From the NCBI RefSeq assembly GCF_009914755.1, contig NC_060936.1: 64,000 nucleotides of DNA, one strand, 5' to 3'. The notes under the pieces are model-generated. The model was not told the origin of the DNA and made no database searches. It saw only the letters and a list, made by a program, of their open reading frames with translations. Source of the stretch: the human T2T-CHM13v2.0 reference genome, Homo sapiens. This document shows positions 34,490-48,050 of the stretch, piece by piece. How positions within the stretch are numbered: position 1 is the first letter of the stretch; each line of letters starts with the position of its first letter. The position numbers were made by a program, and so were the translations under genes.

Positions 34490-34829
34490 TGGGACAGCCA
34501 CATAAAAACGGTCCCCTGGCAGAACCTCTGACCAACCTGTGCACTGGGAGGAATGCACACTGGGGTGGAACCTTGGGAAGTTTGTGCCATTTGCAGGGGG
34601 CAGGAGCCTGGCCCCTCTGGTTTCGGGTGATACCTGGGATTCAATCTGTGAGGCAAGAAGCCTACTAGCACGACTCTCACTTTACTGAGAGTTCCTGTTT
34701 TCCCTTTTTTCGTTTTCACCCAATAAACCCTGCCCTTCTCAACCTTCAAAGTGTCTGTGAGCCTAATTTTTCATGGTTGTGTGACAAGGACCCCATTTTT
34801 AGCTGAACTAAGCAGAAAGTCCTACAACA
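34490..34829 (+). mobile_element. ERV1 solo LTR, MER61A-like
   Basis: TGGGACAGCC...GCACTGGGAGGAATGCACACTGGGGTGG...AATAAA...CTACAACA. Perfect 4-bp TSD ATAT at 34486-34489 and 34830-34833. Confidence 0.85.
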
Positions 34830-36459
34830 ATATTATGCACTGGAAAATGGCAGGAAAAAAATGGTGGCTTTTGTGGCAGAATAGCTCAGAGAAGAAAATT
34901 TGGGAAGCAATTAAGATATGTGTTTAATAAATGAACAGATGAAACAATTTCTTAGGAATTTACTTAGCTCATTTGATTCTCACAACAAACTCATGAGATC
35001 AGGGCTATTATTAATTCTACTTTAAATATGAGGGAAATGAACTTTAAAAGAAGTTGCTAGTCATCAGCTTCTCAGCTACTAAGAGATGCAGCAGGTATTC
35101 AACACCAGCTACTAACTCCAATCTTGAGCTTTCCCTTACTAAAAGCTTAGTTAATATAATAAGCTGAAACCTGTATCAAATTATTAAGAAATAACCCAGT
35201 GTCTTCATTAACAAATTTAGGAATTTGGCAATAGTCATGTCCAACCACAAAGACTAATAATTTTTAAGTATGAATCCAGGGAAAAAAACAAATGCTGGTT
35301 CTTGGATGCTAATATTGAGTTGTTATAGAAGAAAAATACATTTAAATATTTTACAGTTTGTTTAATATGATTGTTTTAAAAACACTTTATTTAAATAATG
35401 GATTCAGGAAGATCACAGAATATTAGCTACAGTGGCTAAAACGTTTTACCAGGAACTTGACATCACTGGATTTTGCTTAAGGAGATTTTTAACTGTCATT
35501 CTTGACTACAGAACAATTTAATAAATTATACAATTCTGAGGTTGCTTGAAAACTTTACACTGCTTTATTCTTTGTTTTATTCACTGACTTGAAGCTATTG
35601 TTTACTTTGGTTTTGATTTTTTAACATCTGCATAATATTTGGAGTCACATATATTTGTAAGCAAGAACATGAATTGTTCTTAATATTCAGAAAAAAATAA
35701 CAATTTGCTAGGGTTTCTTTAATACCAGAATAAGAAGTTTAAATATAGGTTGCTGCTGTCATATCTTGATTTATTTCTCATTGCAAATTAAAACATATAT
35801 AGTTCTACCTATCATTATAGCCTAAAGGCTTTTTTTGTAGGTTAGCTTATGTTACAAACTTTACACCGTATTTGCATTCAATATTCCTCATCAAAGGCTG
35901 TTTAAATATTCAGCAAAGCTTTAAGGCAATTTTTATTTGTATTAACTCTCTGGTTATTTGTGCATCAAAATACAATACAATTGATAAATTATAAATGAAA
36001 CTATTGGCTTCATTATGGGGGAAAATCTCCTCTACATTTAACAACATAACTCAAGATTTCAGTGGGATTTAAGAAGGTGTGTGTTTACTACATCAGCAGT
36101 TTGTATTTGGAGAGAATTTTTAGTTTTTATCAGGGAACAAATACAAACATTTATACTCATTTTATTTATCCAATAAGGCATTGATGATGGCAAGGTCCTC
36201 TGGCATAAAAAGACACAAGAACTGTTAAATACTGAAGTGATAGTGTGCATTTTTAGTTTTGTATTAATTTCAACTTAATTCATGACAATCCTTAGGCACA
36301 TTCTCTCAGGTCCTTCTTATATGTTTTTTTTAATGTATTTTGTTTTTTATTTTGTTTATGGGAAATAAGAGCAATTCATTTCTCTGTAGTTATTTGAACA
36401 AAGATAACCAGGAAGTTCTTCAGACCTGGACATCACCTTGTGGCCGGAACAACTTGAGA

Positions 36460-36610
36460 TCAGGTTCGGGTTTTATCACGTGTTATCCACAAGACTTCCC
36501 TGAGCCTCAATTTCCTCATGCAGAAAATAAGGAAAGCATCTGCATGGCTTACCGTCAAAAAACCATCCTATGAGGACCACAGTGAAAAGTATAAAGTGCC
36601 TAAAAATGGG
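36460..36610. mobile_element. MIR fragment
   Basis: CTGAGCCTCAATTTCCTCATGCAGAAAATAAGG core. Confidence 0.55.
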
Positions 36611-39600
36611 ACTTTTTTTGCGTTTCTGTTGACCCTGAGTCCTCACTTCTTGGAGCATTTATTAAGTGAAAGTTTTCTCCAAATTTTTTAGTAGCTATCT
36701 TGTTCTGGTGTAGAATGAGTCACCTGCATAAGAAACTAAAGGAGTTTTGCTAAGCCAAAATTGGAGGGGTGGGTGAGGATAAGGACATTGACTATTATTT
36801 GATACGTTTGTCCATAAGGACAATGAATGATAACATATATGAGAAAAATCATGTTCTCAGAATATACGGTGCTGCCACCTGAAAAAATACAGAAGTGCTA
36901 TTTTCTTTTAAAAAGTACATGTCTAAGACAGCTAGCTCTTTCACAGAATAACAGAGATCAGTAATACAATTTACGTTTTCACTTTTATTCTACTTGCATA
37001 TCTCTAAAAGAATGAAAACTAATTTCAGTATTTTCAAAAAGTGTATGTGTGTGTGTTTATGTTCACACACACACAAAAATGCACCGAGTAACAGTCAATT
37101 GACGAAGTCAAGTTCAAAGTCCCTAAGGTCAGAGCAGGAACAAGCTGCAGTGATAGGAGCAGAGGTGAGAGACTGGTCTCAAACATTCAGCCTTTCTCAC
37201 AAAGGAACTAACACAACCAACAACTGCAGTGATGAAAGTAAATAAAGATCACAACTCAAAGACTTGAAAAGAAGAATTTTTAGGCATTTTATTTCACCAT
37301 TGAGTTAAATAAAACCCTTATTTTTTTTCTAATTTTTTGGAGTCATTATTTGAATCTTTAAAAACAAGAAAGCAGACACTTCCTTTTTGCAGGTTAATTG
37401 GAGACTGCAAGGCACACAGAAAGATGAAGCTAGAGTGAGATCAATTTCAGAAACCCACAAAGTACTACCCCATGCCTTCCACTTTGAAGCCCTCCTAGGT
37501 ACACATGGCTCATGCAGGCACCTTAAACCCTCTCCTAGATCACTTCCGAAATATCCAACATTCCATTTCTAAACAACATATCATATAACCTTTCTCTCTG
37601 CTCAGCTATTCATTCTTTGTCGTAGTGTTCATTACAGGATATCTACCTTTCTGCACACATATTCTTTTTCCAATTACAGTCAAGTTATAGCTATGATAAC
37701 AAAAATCTTAAAAGCAGTGGAATAAAAAGAAACATTAACTTACTAAAAGGAGTTTGAGGGAAAAAATAAATTATTCAGTTTTTATGGCTGTAATTATAGA
37801 AAGGACAAAAAGAAGCAGTAAAATGCAAAATATTAGAAATGTGTTCAGTAAGACAAAATTTTTTATTGATATATGACTAAAAATTCTTGAAGGTGACATT
37901 CCACCAAATCGTTTAGCCAGCACATTGTGTCAATTCCAAAATTATATTGTAAATTACAAATAAATATGGTAAATTATAAAACACAAATTATGTTTTGCAT
38001 AATATAATTACAAAATAATATTTGAAAACATAATTTACAAACAGCACCACACGTTTTCACAAAGGAACCTCCCTTCTTCCATGCTATGATTTCATGCTGC
38101 AAAGCATTTCAAAATGGGTCCTGTTAAATAGCTGATCTTTCCCTTCAGCAAGGATTAGATGATCAGAAAAACCTTAATTATCCCATCCCCTGAATCTCTC
38201 CATCCTGTTTTTAGATATATTTCCCATTTCAACTCACACTGGGGAAGACATCACCTATAGAGAAGGATATGCAAACGTTTGGGCAGCTTGATAGCTTGTC
38301 AGAAATATAGCTTGCATTGCAAGACAGAATGAGAACAACAAAGTTTGTCTGGCATTCACCATCCCAGGAGCTAAAGGAAGATGTAACTTTTTCTGTTGTG
38401 GTTGTTATTTCTCAGGAGACAGAAAGCCTCTTCTGACTCAATGAATCTAAATGCTTCCCAGAGACCATGCAACAGTGTATCATTACAAAATGAAAAATTG
38501 GTTTTTAAAGGAAATTTTTGATTGGTTCCAGTTTTGCTCTACTGAGTAAACTAGACCTCATCTTAACTATGAGAACTTTCTTGTGTGCAGCCTGCCTTTA
38601 ATGATAGAAATCCGGAGTCTGAGGTTTTACAAACTGTTTTCTCATTCTTTCCCTACCCTTTCTCCACAGCCCTGATAACTTAAATGCTTTTACTGCAAAC
38701 ATAATTAATCAATTGCAGTACAAAGAAAAAGGATCATTTATATGTAAAGATTAAAACATTTTATTTGCTGGAAAACCATTGAAAAATGCCTTCTTATAGT
38801 AAAATCAGTCATTTATATAATGACGATAAATTGGAAGGTGGAGAAAGACCATAACTTACCTATGTTTGAAGTGATCAACTTGAAATTGAAATAAAACTCA
38901 GATTCTACAAAATGCCGCTATCTATACAAGTCACGCAAATTAGACCAAAAGTGCACAGCAGGAAAGAAATTATGTTTGTCTAAGGACAAATATAGAATAA
39001 AAGTAAAAATTACTAATATAAATGGAAAATGTGCTTAATATTGTATCACGTTTTACTTATGCCTAGCACTAGCAGGTGCACTATTACTAATACTTTGGTC
39101 ACAATGTGAGGAGCTGATTAAAGCCTTGCCATTTATTCTTTCCAGATGATTGATTTTAGTCTCTGACTTATCTGAATAGGACACTAACTTTCTAAGTAGA
39201 AAAACTTGATCATGGATTAATTGCTGTAAATTTTCCATAAAAATAGAAATAACTACCTTTTTAAAATTTCTTTTCTGCTCAACTGTACCCTTTCTTCTCC
39301 AAAATGAAATGTATACCAAACTTTTTGGGAGAAAGGTTTTATGCCATACTATCCTGGGATCTGTGTTGTTATTGTTCTTGTTGTTTTCACACAACACTCT
39401 AAAATAGAAAACATGCCCTAATGTTTCTAATTCCTATAAATATGAAATGGGAATTCCAGGTCCAATCTGTGGATATAAACTTTTAAAATGTGTTTTGACA
39501 ACTCTTTTGTTTTATCGAATATTTATTCTTGAAAATCTCTTTTGAGAGGAGATCCTAAACTGTACAGATGACCACCCACATGGTATTCTCTGAATGTCTC

Positions 39601-41280
39601 CGAAAAGGACAAATGCATTTTACTAAATGAAAGTCAATTGCCTCATCTGTAAAGGTGAAAAGGAGACAGTTAATATGAGAGTCTTACTGAATATGACTTA
39701 GTTAATAATTGGAAAGCTCTCAAACACACATTAAAAAGAAGAAAAAGATTTCTTCAGAATGTCTGTGGTGTGTTTTGCTAGTCATCTTAATTGATTTTCT
39801 CACTTCAAAAAGCAAATGTGCAAAGAAGACAAAAGCAAAGAGCTACACCTCCGACATTATGCATCATTAGATGAACACTGCTCCATTTTAATGTGCCTAT
39901 AATTGATTTTGCAGCACCAGAAATGTACAAAGAGCAACGATTGTGGGTTTCAAGAAGCACTAACTTCTTGAAAAATACATATACCCTATGAGCACTTTGG
40001 TTTAGAAGAAAACATTCCGTTGGCACTTCATCTTCAGCTGTAAGTGCAAGTAAACCTGTAACTGAAGTCAATGGGCTCTTTACTTCCCTGGTCATCAGGG
40101 CTAAATTCATGGTGAGAAATTCAAAGCATACAGTGTCCTTAAACACTTTGTAACCTTCAGAAAAGAAAAGGGCAACATCTTAATTGACAACTTGATCTTT
40201 TTGCTCAATGTTGGAGCTATTTTATATAAGCCATCACTACATAACAATCTCTATATCTCACATATTCTTTCTCCTAGGTTTATATTAATTTATTTATTTT
40301 CAATTACATGTCTTGTTATAATCTGTTTTACAGAAAAGAAAAACACAACCCACACAACACAAATAAAACAGAAATTCTTGCTTTTTGAAGTTTACAGTGA
40401 AATACAAGCTATAAGAAATATTAGTATATTCACAGCATCTACCAGTTGAAAGTTTTTATGACTGCTTCTCAAACAAATTTGTATTCAGATTACCAATTTA
40501 TAAAAGTCCTATTGTTTTTTCTTAGAGGATTGGCAATAGCATAAAATAGAGACTGCTGCTTTCAAAGGAAGTTCAATATCAGTTTAAAATATAATTCAGC
40601 AGCAGTGTTAGTATTCCAGATCTGTAGTTTAAAGGAGTGTGATTTTGTATTCCATTCCTGTATTGCTCACATGAATTTTTCCCATTCTTTCTTTTTGACA
40701 GACAACTTGCCTTTACTTTCTGTGTTTGTCTAGTCAGACTAACATTTTTGTAAACTGATGATTTCAGCTCCCTTATTATTCCACATTGCACTGCTGCCGA
40801 ATGCTGCACATTACGATTTTTTTTCACTCCAGCTGTGTTGAACCACAAGTAGATATGAAGTAATTGACCTTGTTGTTCATTGACTTGTACGATGCTTTGC
40901 TACCTACTGTTTTGTGCCACTCACTTCACTTCACACATCTTCTAAAGCCATGACCTTTGCAGTAGATATTACTCTCTAAGCTTGTTTTAGGAAAGCAAAA
41001 CATTAAATACAATATGGCCAGCATTATGAAAATACCAAAGACAAGCAGAGCTTTATTAAGAGTAAGGGAATGCAGACCCCCTGCTTTCTAAAAAGAACAC
41101 AGAACAATAACTTTAGACAATTTGAAAAATGTTGTTGTATATAATAATTTTTCATATTTTTTAAAAGTATTAACTTACCTGTTTGCTTATTGATTTGGTG
41201 TATACACAGTTAGTACTTTCTGTTCTGTTGACTCTTCTATTGGATGGTCAGATGGTGGTGATAGGGTGGATTTCAAACAT

Positions 41281-41765
41281 TCAAAAGAAGACATATATGA
41301 TATGCCACAAATAAGCATATGAAAACGTGCTCAACCTCACTGATCATTAGAGGAATGTGAATCAAAACCACAATGAGATACCATCCCACACCAGTCAGAA
41401 TGGTTATGACTAAAAAGTCCTAAAATAACAGGTGCTGACAAGGCTGTGGAGAAAAGGGAACACTTATACACTGCTAGTGGAACTGTATATTAGTCCAGCC
41501 ACCGTGGAAAGCACTTTGAAAATATCTCAAAGAATGTAACACAAAGCTACCATTCAACCCAGCAATCACATTATTGGGTATATAGCCAAAGAAATATAAA
41601 TCGCTCTACCATAAGGACACATGCACACGTATGTTCATCGCACCACTATTCACAATAGCTAAGACATGGAAACAACTTAAATGCCCATCAGTGGTAGACT
41701 GGATGAAGAAAAGGTTGTACATATACACTGTAGAATATTACACAGCCATAAAAAGGAAGAAGATC
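41281..41765 (+). mobile_element. Internal L1 ORF2 fragment (L1PA15/16-like) without 3'UTR or poly(A)
   Basis: TCAAAAGAAGACAT...CAAAACCACAATGAGATACC...[36 protein letters not shown]. Confidence 0.88.
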
Positions 41766-42165
41766 CACCCTCTTGTTAACTTGGTATTCATATACACATC
41801 ATTTAACCATATTTAAGTCTAAGGGAACACAATAAAAAAGTTAGATTTCCACTAGAAGAGTGTAACTCTCATTCATGAAACCAAAAATATAGTAACCCTC
41901 TTCTCTAAAGATACAAAATGTCTGTATTTCTTTTTTCCATCTTTGAGTGCTGTTAGTTCTTTTCTAAGCAGAACCTGTACTTCTCAGGGAGTTTCCTCAT
42001 TCTTTCCTTCTGATAGACAACTTGAGTGGTAGTTCTTCTCTAAGTGGGTACATACTTGCCTTCAATATCCTATAACTTATATATTGAGATTTAGGGTTAC
42101 TGTAATCAATTCATTTTTTTTTAGATAAGAGGATAGTGCAAGAATAAATGAAATGCTTAAGGGCC

Positions 42166-42533
42166 TGTATTACACCATTTTCATGCTGCTAATAAGGACA
42201 TACCCAAGACTGGGTAATTTATACAGGAAAGAGGTTTAATGGACTCACAGTTCCATATGGCTGGGGAGGCCTCACAATCATGGCAGAAGGCAGGAGGAGC
42301 AAGTCATGTCTCACATGGATGGCAGCAGGCAAAGAGAGAGCCTGTCCAGGGAAACTTCCCCTTATAAAACTATCATATCTTGTGAGACTTATTCACTATC
42401 ACGAGAATAGCACAGGAAAGACCTGCCCCCCTGATTCAATTACCTCCCATTGAGTCCCTTCTACAACACGTGGGAATTGTGGGAGCTACAGTTCAAGATG
42501 AGATTTGGGTAGGGACACAGCCAAACCATATCA
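42166..42533 (-). mobile_element. THE1A/B solo LTR
   Basis: TGTATTA...CAGCCAAACCATATCA. TSD GGGCC/CGGCC. Confidence 0.93.
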
Positions 42534-43465
42534 CGGCCTCTGAATATCTTCACAAGTTTAAGTCTGGGAATTCATTAGGAGGCCTTAACTCTAATTTGTG
42601 TTAATTCAACACAAAATTCTTTTACAAAACATAGATTGCTTCTGCTTCTATAAATCAAATAAAATGCCACAGTAGACTACCCAACTATTTCAGTAGTGGA
42701 AACACCATAAACAACTAGTCAAAACCAAAGGCTTTATCAAACTATTCTGATTAAATAGTTCAGTCATCATGCCTACATTTTCACTGCAGGTTAACTGTTG
42801 CCAATTGGTCCCTGACACTCTGGGTTCCCATGATTCCTATTGAATCCAAGGAGGCCATTTTAGTGGCAGCTTCTCCCGCTGTCACTGCTAACCTAATAGA
42901 CAAGAGCCACCACAGAACTCTTCAAGGATGCCAGTGCTCCCCTCATCAATGCATGTGTCAAAGTCTCTGTACCCTCCTGGGGGACAGGGAAGGAGACAGA
43001 AGAGCAGAGCAAGCCAAACAGCAATGACATCCTAGCATCCAATCTCCCTAAATTTTAGTATGTCTTCCTCTACCTTACATCAAGGAAATTCTGACACTTC
43101 AACTTAATTTATCATAGTTCACCTTTGTGTCCAGTTTCTAGTCAACCAATCCAGGAAACTGTTGGAACCACTTCAGTTTGATCAACTTAATTAATTGAAT
43201 CAGAATTGCCAGTTAAGTATGCCCATATCAGCCCTCTCCAACATCACATCTTTTCATCTCTATCCAACTCCTCTAAGATATATTCTCATACATATTCCTC
43301 CTCAACTATAAGAGTCTTGCAATAATTTTGATGTGTAAGATACCTCCTACTAATGACACATTGAACCTAGCCTCTTGAAGCCTAGTAGAATTTGAGTTTG
43401 CCTATAGTTTTACAAGCCACAGAGGTACTGCGAGTATGTCTTTAACAAGTACAGCATTCTTCTAC

Positions 43466-43740
43466 TGTATTGGTTTTCCAAGGCTGCTGTAGAAAAACTA
43501 CCACAAATGCGTGGGTTAAAACAACAAAAATGTATCTTCTCACGATTCTGGAGGCCAGAAGTCTGAAGTCAGTTTCCCTTGTTAAAATTCAAGTATCTTG
43601 CTCCTTTTAGAGCCTCTAAGAGACTATCTGTCCCTTGTTATTTCCAGCTTTTGCTGACTGCTGAAATACTTTGGTGGCTGCACTACTGCAATTTCTGCTT
43701 CTGTCGTCACATAAACTTCTCCTTCGTATGGTCTTTATTT
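43466..43740 (-). mobile_element. MLT1C/D LTR fragment
   Basis: TGTATTGGTTTTCCAAGGCTGCTGTA...TTCTGGAGGCCAGAAGTCTGAA. Confidence 0.7.
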
Positions 43741-43989
43741 CCACTGTATTTTCAATGGCAGCAGCTACATAGTCATCCAGAGTCTAGCCTTCTGCAGGCA
43801 CTTGACTCCTGAGAATTAAAAGTGATTATTTCAGTAACTATTTTGACACTAAATGCCATGGACATTCAATGTCCCACCTACCTCTGGCAAAGGGGATCAT
43901 TAATGTCTTTTACTCTAATCAGATCAGAGAACCATTCCAGGATTATAGCCTTAAGGTTCTGAGTCCTTACAACCAATACATAAAATAGC

Positions 43990-44560
43990 TATCACTTAGG
44001 GCAACCAGAGTCCCTAACAATATTGTGAAAGTAAGTAGTTTGCTACAGGAATTATAACATACACAAATATAGGAGGAACTAAGGAAGTTCCAGAAGAGAG
44101 GGATGTTGGAGGATCAGAGTCATTAACCATGATACCTGAAGCAGGGGTCTTTCAGAGCAGATCTGAGCTTGCAGGAAAATCTCATGAACCATACAGTTAT
44201 ATCTGCATAGTAGCAAAAAGGATAATAGAGGGATAAGTAGTCATGCCGAAGTCCTTGGAAGTTGTTTTCTGTCTACAAAGTGCAATCAAGCCCTTGGTGA
44301 TTAGCATAAGACCTCTGTTTGTTGCCAGGGCCTTTCCGTGGGAAGAAAAACTAAAAGCTGAAGTCTGCTGACACCATATGAGACAACCATAACCTTGTGA
44401 GACTAATGACTTCTGATTTAATTTCACCTTTCAAATACTGCACAAATTGTTTTCTTGGCTAACTGTAACCTACACCACACAGGAAAGAGGACTCTGATAA
44501 ATATAACTCCTAGACATAGGCAAAAGAGGTGATCTGTTCACAAAACGGATTCTAACACAC
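43990..44560 (-). mobile_element. Old ERVL-type LTR (LTR33/LTR41-like)
   Basis: 3' part CACCTTTCAAATACTGCACAAATTG...CTCTGATAAATATAACTCC resembles these LTRs. Weak match. Confidence 0.35.
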
Positions 44561-46724
44561 TAATCATATTAATAAGTAGGGCTTAAATTGTGGGAAAAAA
44601 ACTAACAAAAAAATCTTTCACTTTGAAAGCAGGAATTGATAATAAATAGGCAATTAGGTAGTTGTTAATAAGATTGGTTCCATTGTTTTCTATCCATTTA
44701 CTTCCATGCTCAGTAGAATGTGTAAAAAACAAAATAATCATTCAATTCTCTTTCCAAATTTGAAGATAAAACACACAAAGAGGTAGCAAAACAATGGGAA
44801 TATGTGTAAGCTATAGCAAAATGAAATGAGAGTGGGATGATCTAAAGGGAATTCATACCTATTTTAATTGGAATTCTCAACCTCTTAAGTCTCATGCAAC
44901 TTCCCATGACAATAATGTTTTCTGAGCTACCTCAATATGAGATGCCCTGGTGGATATACATTGTATTTGGGTCATAACTACTTGTTCTTCTATCTTTTTA
45001 ACTGAGCCACAGCATAGAAGTGCTAAAAATTCTCATTATTTTCTTAATTATTTTCTTAAGTTGTTTTACAGTGATTCCTCAAAGGTGTTAACTCTGAGCA
45101 AAAGATACGTCGATCCTCATCTTTCTCATGAAACCATGCAAAAAGGAGCAAGATACATCTACCTTATCCAGTTCTATTTGCAATTTCAGCACTATTCCAA
45201 AATGTTCAACTGTCCCTACTCACAAGCTTGGGGAAGGGACTGTCTAGAAATTTGCCTTGTGGTGGCCTCTTGTACTATTTTACCTTCTAATTATTCTTGG
45301 TTCATGCCAGAACTTATCCTGTTAGCAAGGAGGAAGATGTAATGTGAACAGGTGGAAAATTTCAAATGGTAAGAACTGACTGTTTTGGGATACAGCAGCA
45401 CCAGAGATAGCACTAATTTTATGCTTCCCAGTCTAATATTAGCTAAATATTATCATCTTGACAATATAAATTTGGAAGCAGGAGGCAAGTCTCTTTCCTG
45501 GTCTTCACTTTCTAAAATCAAGATGAATATCAACACTGTACATGCAGAAGACATGTTTCCAGTAGTTCTGTTTTCACCCTACCATCTTTCTTCTTTGATA
45601 CTGCGTGCCTTCACTCCTGCCCCATGATTTTCTTGTCCATAGAAGGAGCCTAGCAAATGGAAATCTCAGGGATTGGAAAATAGTCCAGGAGTCAATATTT
45701 TTTGACGAAACTAATTTTTTCAATTTCTTAATGCTAAGAAACTTATTGTAGCTATACTGAATTTGTGATCTTAAGCCCCTTCTATGATCCTGAAAATGTG
45801 CTGCTGTTAGCAGTCAAATCAAAGGATAGAAGGCAGAGTTTTATAAGGAACAAAAAATTTGAGATACTTTGAACATCAATCCTTCTTCTTTCTCTCTTGT
45901 AGACCATGATGAAAGTGACATATTTGAAATCTTGAGGCATTAGTCCCTATGCCCTCTGTAATTTTTCTCTCTTTTTTCACCATATCTGAGGCCTTGATCT
46001 CTGGCCATCTGCTTATTCTCATGCTGTGGTGTACACCTTTCATTTGTACTTCGGTCACCTTCTTTTCAGGCGTGCACCCTCTCCATCTTACCTCTGAACT
46101 AAAACAGTTTTTGAAAAGCCATGAATCTACCAGGAGCTACAGGAAGGGAAAGCAAAGGGAAGTTCACTTAAAATAAACCATAGTATTTTTCAGATAAAAT
46201 TTCACAGAAGCTTTTTTGATTTTTTATAAACTATCTTCTGGAATAGTATATACAAACTGTAAAGAGTTCTCTTTTGTCTTTCCTCATTTCTAACTAGATG
46301 GTTGATATAGTCAAATGCAAGTTGTTGTGATCAAGCAGAATATAGACAGGGATATACAGCTAAATAGCTAGGATAATGACGTTAATTAGCCTAAAATAGT
46401 GGTTAATAGTAATGCAAATGTTTTAGAGTTTCTTTTAAAACAGCTCTTTCATATCGGACTTAAGTAGGGAAGTGCTTTTCCAATGTAGCAAATACAATAG
46501 GTGTATTTCATAATATTATTACCCTCATTCTAAAGATTAGAAAATAGCCTACTTATAGACCCCTACAGATAGCAAGTAACATAGCATTCTTACAACCAGT
46601 TTACCTCTCTATGGGAATTCAAGAATGCATATTTAACTAAATTTAATTTAAACTTAGGTATTTTTTCCAAACTATCACTTTTTTCATAAAGAATGGAGAT
46701 ACACAGGCTCTCAATTGAGCAGTT

Positions 46725-47165
46725 GTACATTCATTGATTTATGCAAAAATATTGAGAAACTAGTGCTAATCATTTATTTGCTAGATGATGGGGATACAAA
46801 GGTTACTAAGACAATAAACAAAGGAGAAAAGATGATAAATATTGTAAGTGAATAGGGTGACAAGATAATGCAGGAGAAGATGGTAGTTCCTTTACATGTG
46901 GTGACTGATCAGTAAAGACTCTCAGAAGTTATTTAAGCTAAATCCTAAAGGACATGAAAAAGCCAGCTATACAAGAAGGGGAAAGTATTTTAGGTAGAAG
47001 GCACGTAAATAAGAAGGTAATGAGGCAGGCAACAGCTTGGCAAGGCTCTAGTGACTTTTCGGAAGACCAGCAGGGATTTAGCACAGTGGGTAAGAGTAGC
47101 TCAGTGAATTGGAAAAGGTGGTCAGGGATCCTGCAAGCCTCCATGGGCCATCAAAGTGAACAACA
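46725..47165 (-). mobile_element. L2 3' fragment
   Basis: CATTCATTGATTTATGCAAAAATATTGAG...GGGGATACAAAGG...TTTAAGCTAAATCCTAAAGGA. Confidence 0.6.
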
Positions 47166-47869
47166 TGAAAGTCATTAGTGACATTTTTTTTTTTTTGCCA
47201 GGAATTGTAATAACATGGCAGAAAACACAAACTGAAGATATGTAAGTTTGAATATGAATTAGAAGTGAGAAAGTGGCAGCAACATCTCTGTGTAGACAAT
47301 TCTTTTAGAAATGTTTGCTATAAAAGGCCCTAAAGGACAAAAAGTTCAAGCAGATATGCATTTATAATCAGGGTTCTGTTAAATTGTATAGCTGAACAAT
47401 ATAATATAAAATATATTCAGTGAATTTATATAGAGAGGAATACATCTAAAGAAAAGCACTTTTTATATTCAAAATTTCAAGAACTTATATGGGGTTTATG
47501 AAGATGAAAAAGAAATACTGTAATTTATTGGCTTGGTATTAAAATAAATAATAGAATATCTGCTACATATATTTTCTTAGACTTTCATGTGAAAATAATT
47601 GCCCATGGAGATAAAGACTAAACAAGGAATTACTTTGGTCTTAGGTCTGACATAAAACCTGTGGTCTTGAGCAAGTTCCTGTGAGATTCAATTCTATAAT
47701 CTTTAAAATCAAAGAGTAGGAATAAGTGAAGCTAATTACTTTGTAGACCCTAAAATCGATTATTTTATCAGATCATAAATAGATATTTGTTTCCATCTGT
47801 TTCTATGATTGCAAGTAACACAGACCCATAAAGTTAGCTGAAGCTGTTTGTTTCCCCTGAAGATTTTTG

Positions 47870-48050
47870 AGCAAATGGAAAAATAGACTACTGTTTAGAT
47901 AGGACAGCTCAACATCATAAAGGTGCTAATTCTTTCTAAGACAATTTATAAACTTAATACATCACGATACACATAGAAACAACTTGAGTTTGTTTCATTT
48001 TGTTTCTTTATATCTAGATAAATTAATTTTACAGTTCATATGGAAAAATA
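47870..48050 (+). mobile_element. L1M ORF2 fragment
   Basis: CAAATGGAAAAATAGAC...CTCAACATCATAAAG...TTCATATGGAAAAA. Confidence 0.55.

Noticed and set aside
36370-36462. Possible plus-strand exon (TCTCTGTAG|...CAG|GTTCGG)
   Set aside because: Weak donor adjoining a MIR, with no coding evidence.
37046-37073. (TG)5...(CA)5 hairpin
   Set aside because: Short dinucleotide repeats, common in genomes.
39063-39082. CTCF-like motif CTAGCAGGTGCACTA (also 19481 CTACTAGATGTGGC)
   Set aside because: Mismatches or a gap at core positions.
39053-40848. Minus-strand ORFs of 114, 113 and 89 aa in unique DNA
   Set aside because: No recognisable domain, no clear exon boundaries, and lengths attainable by chance.
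44950-45342. 130-aa ORF
   Set aside because: GTG start and no protein similarity I can recognise.
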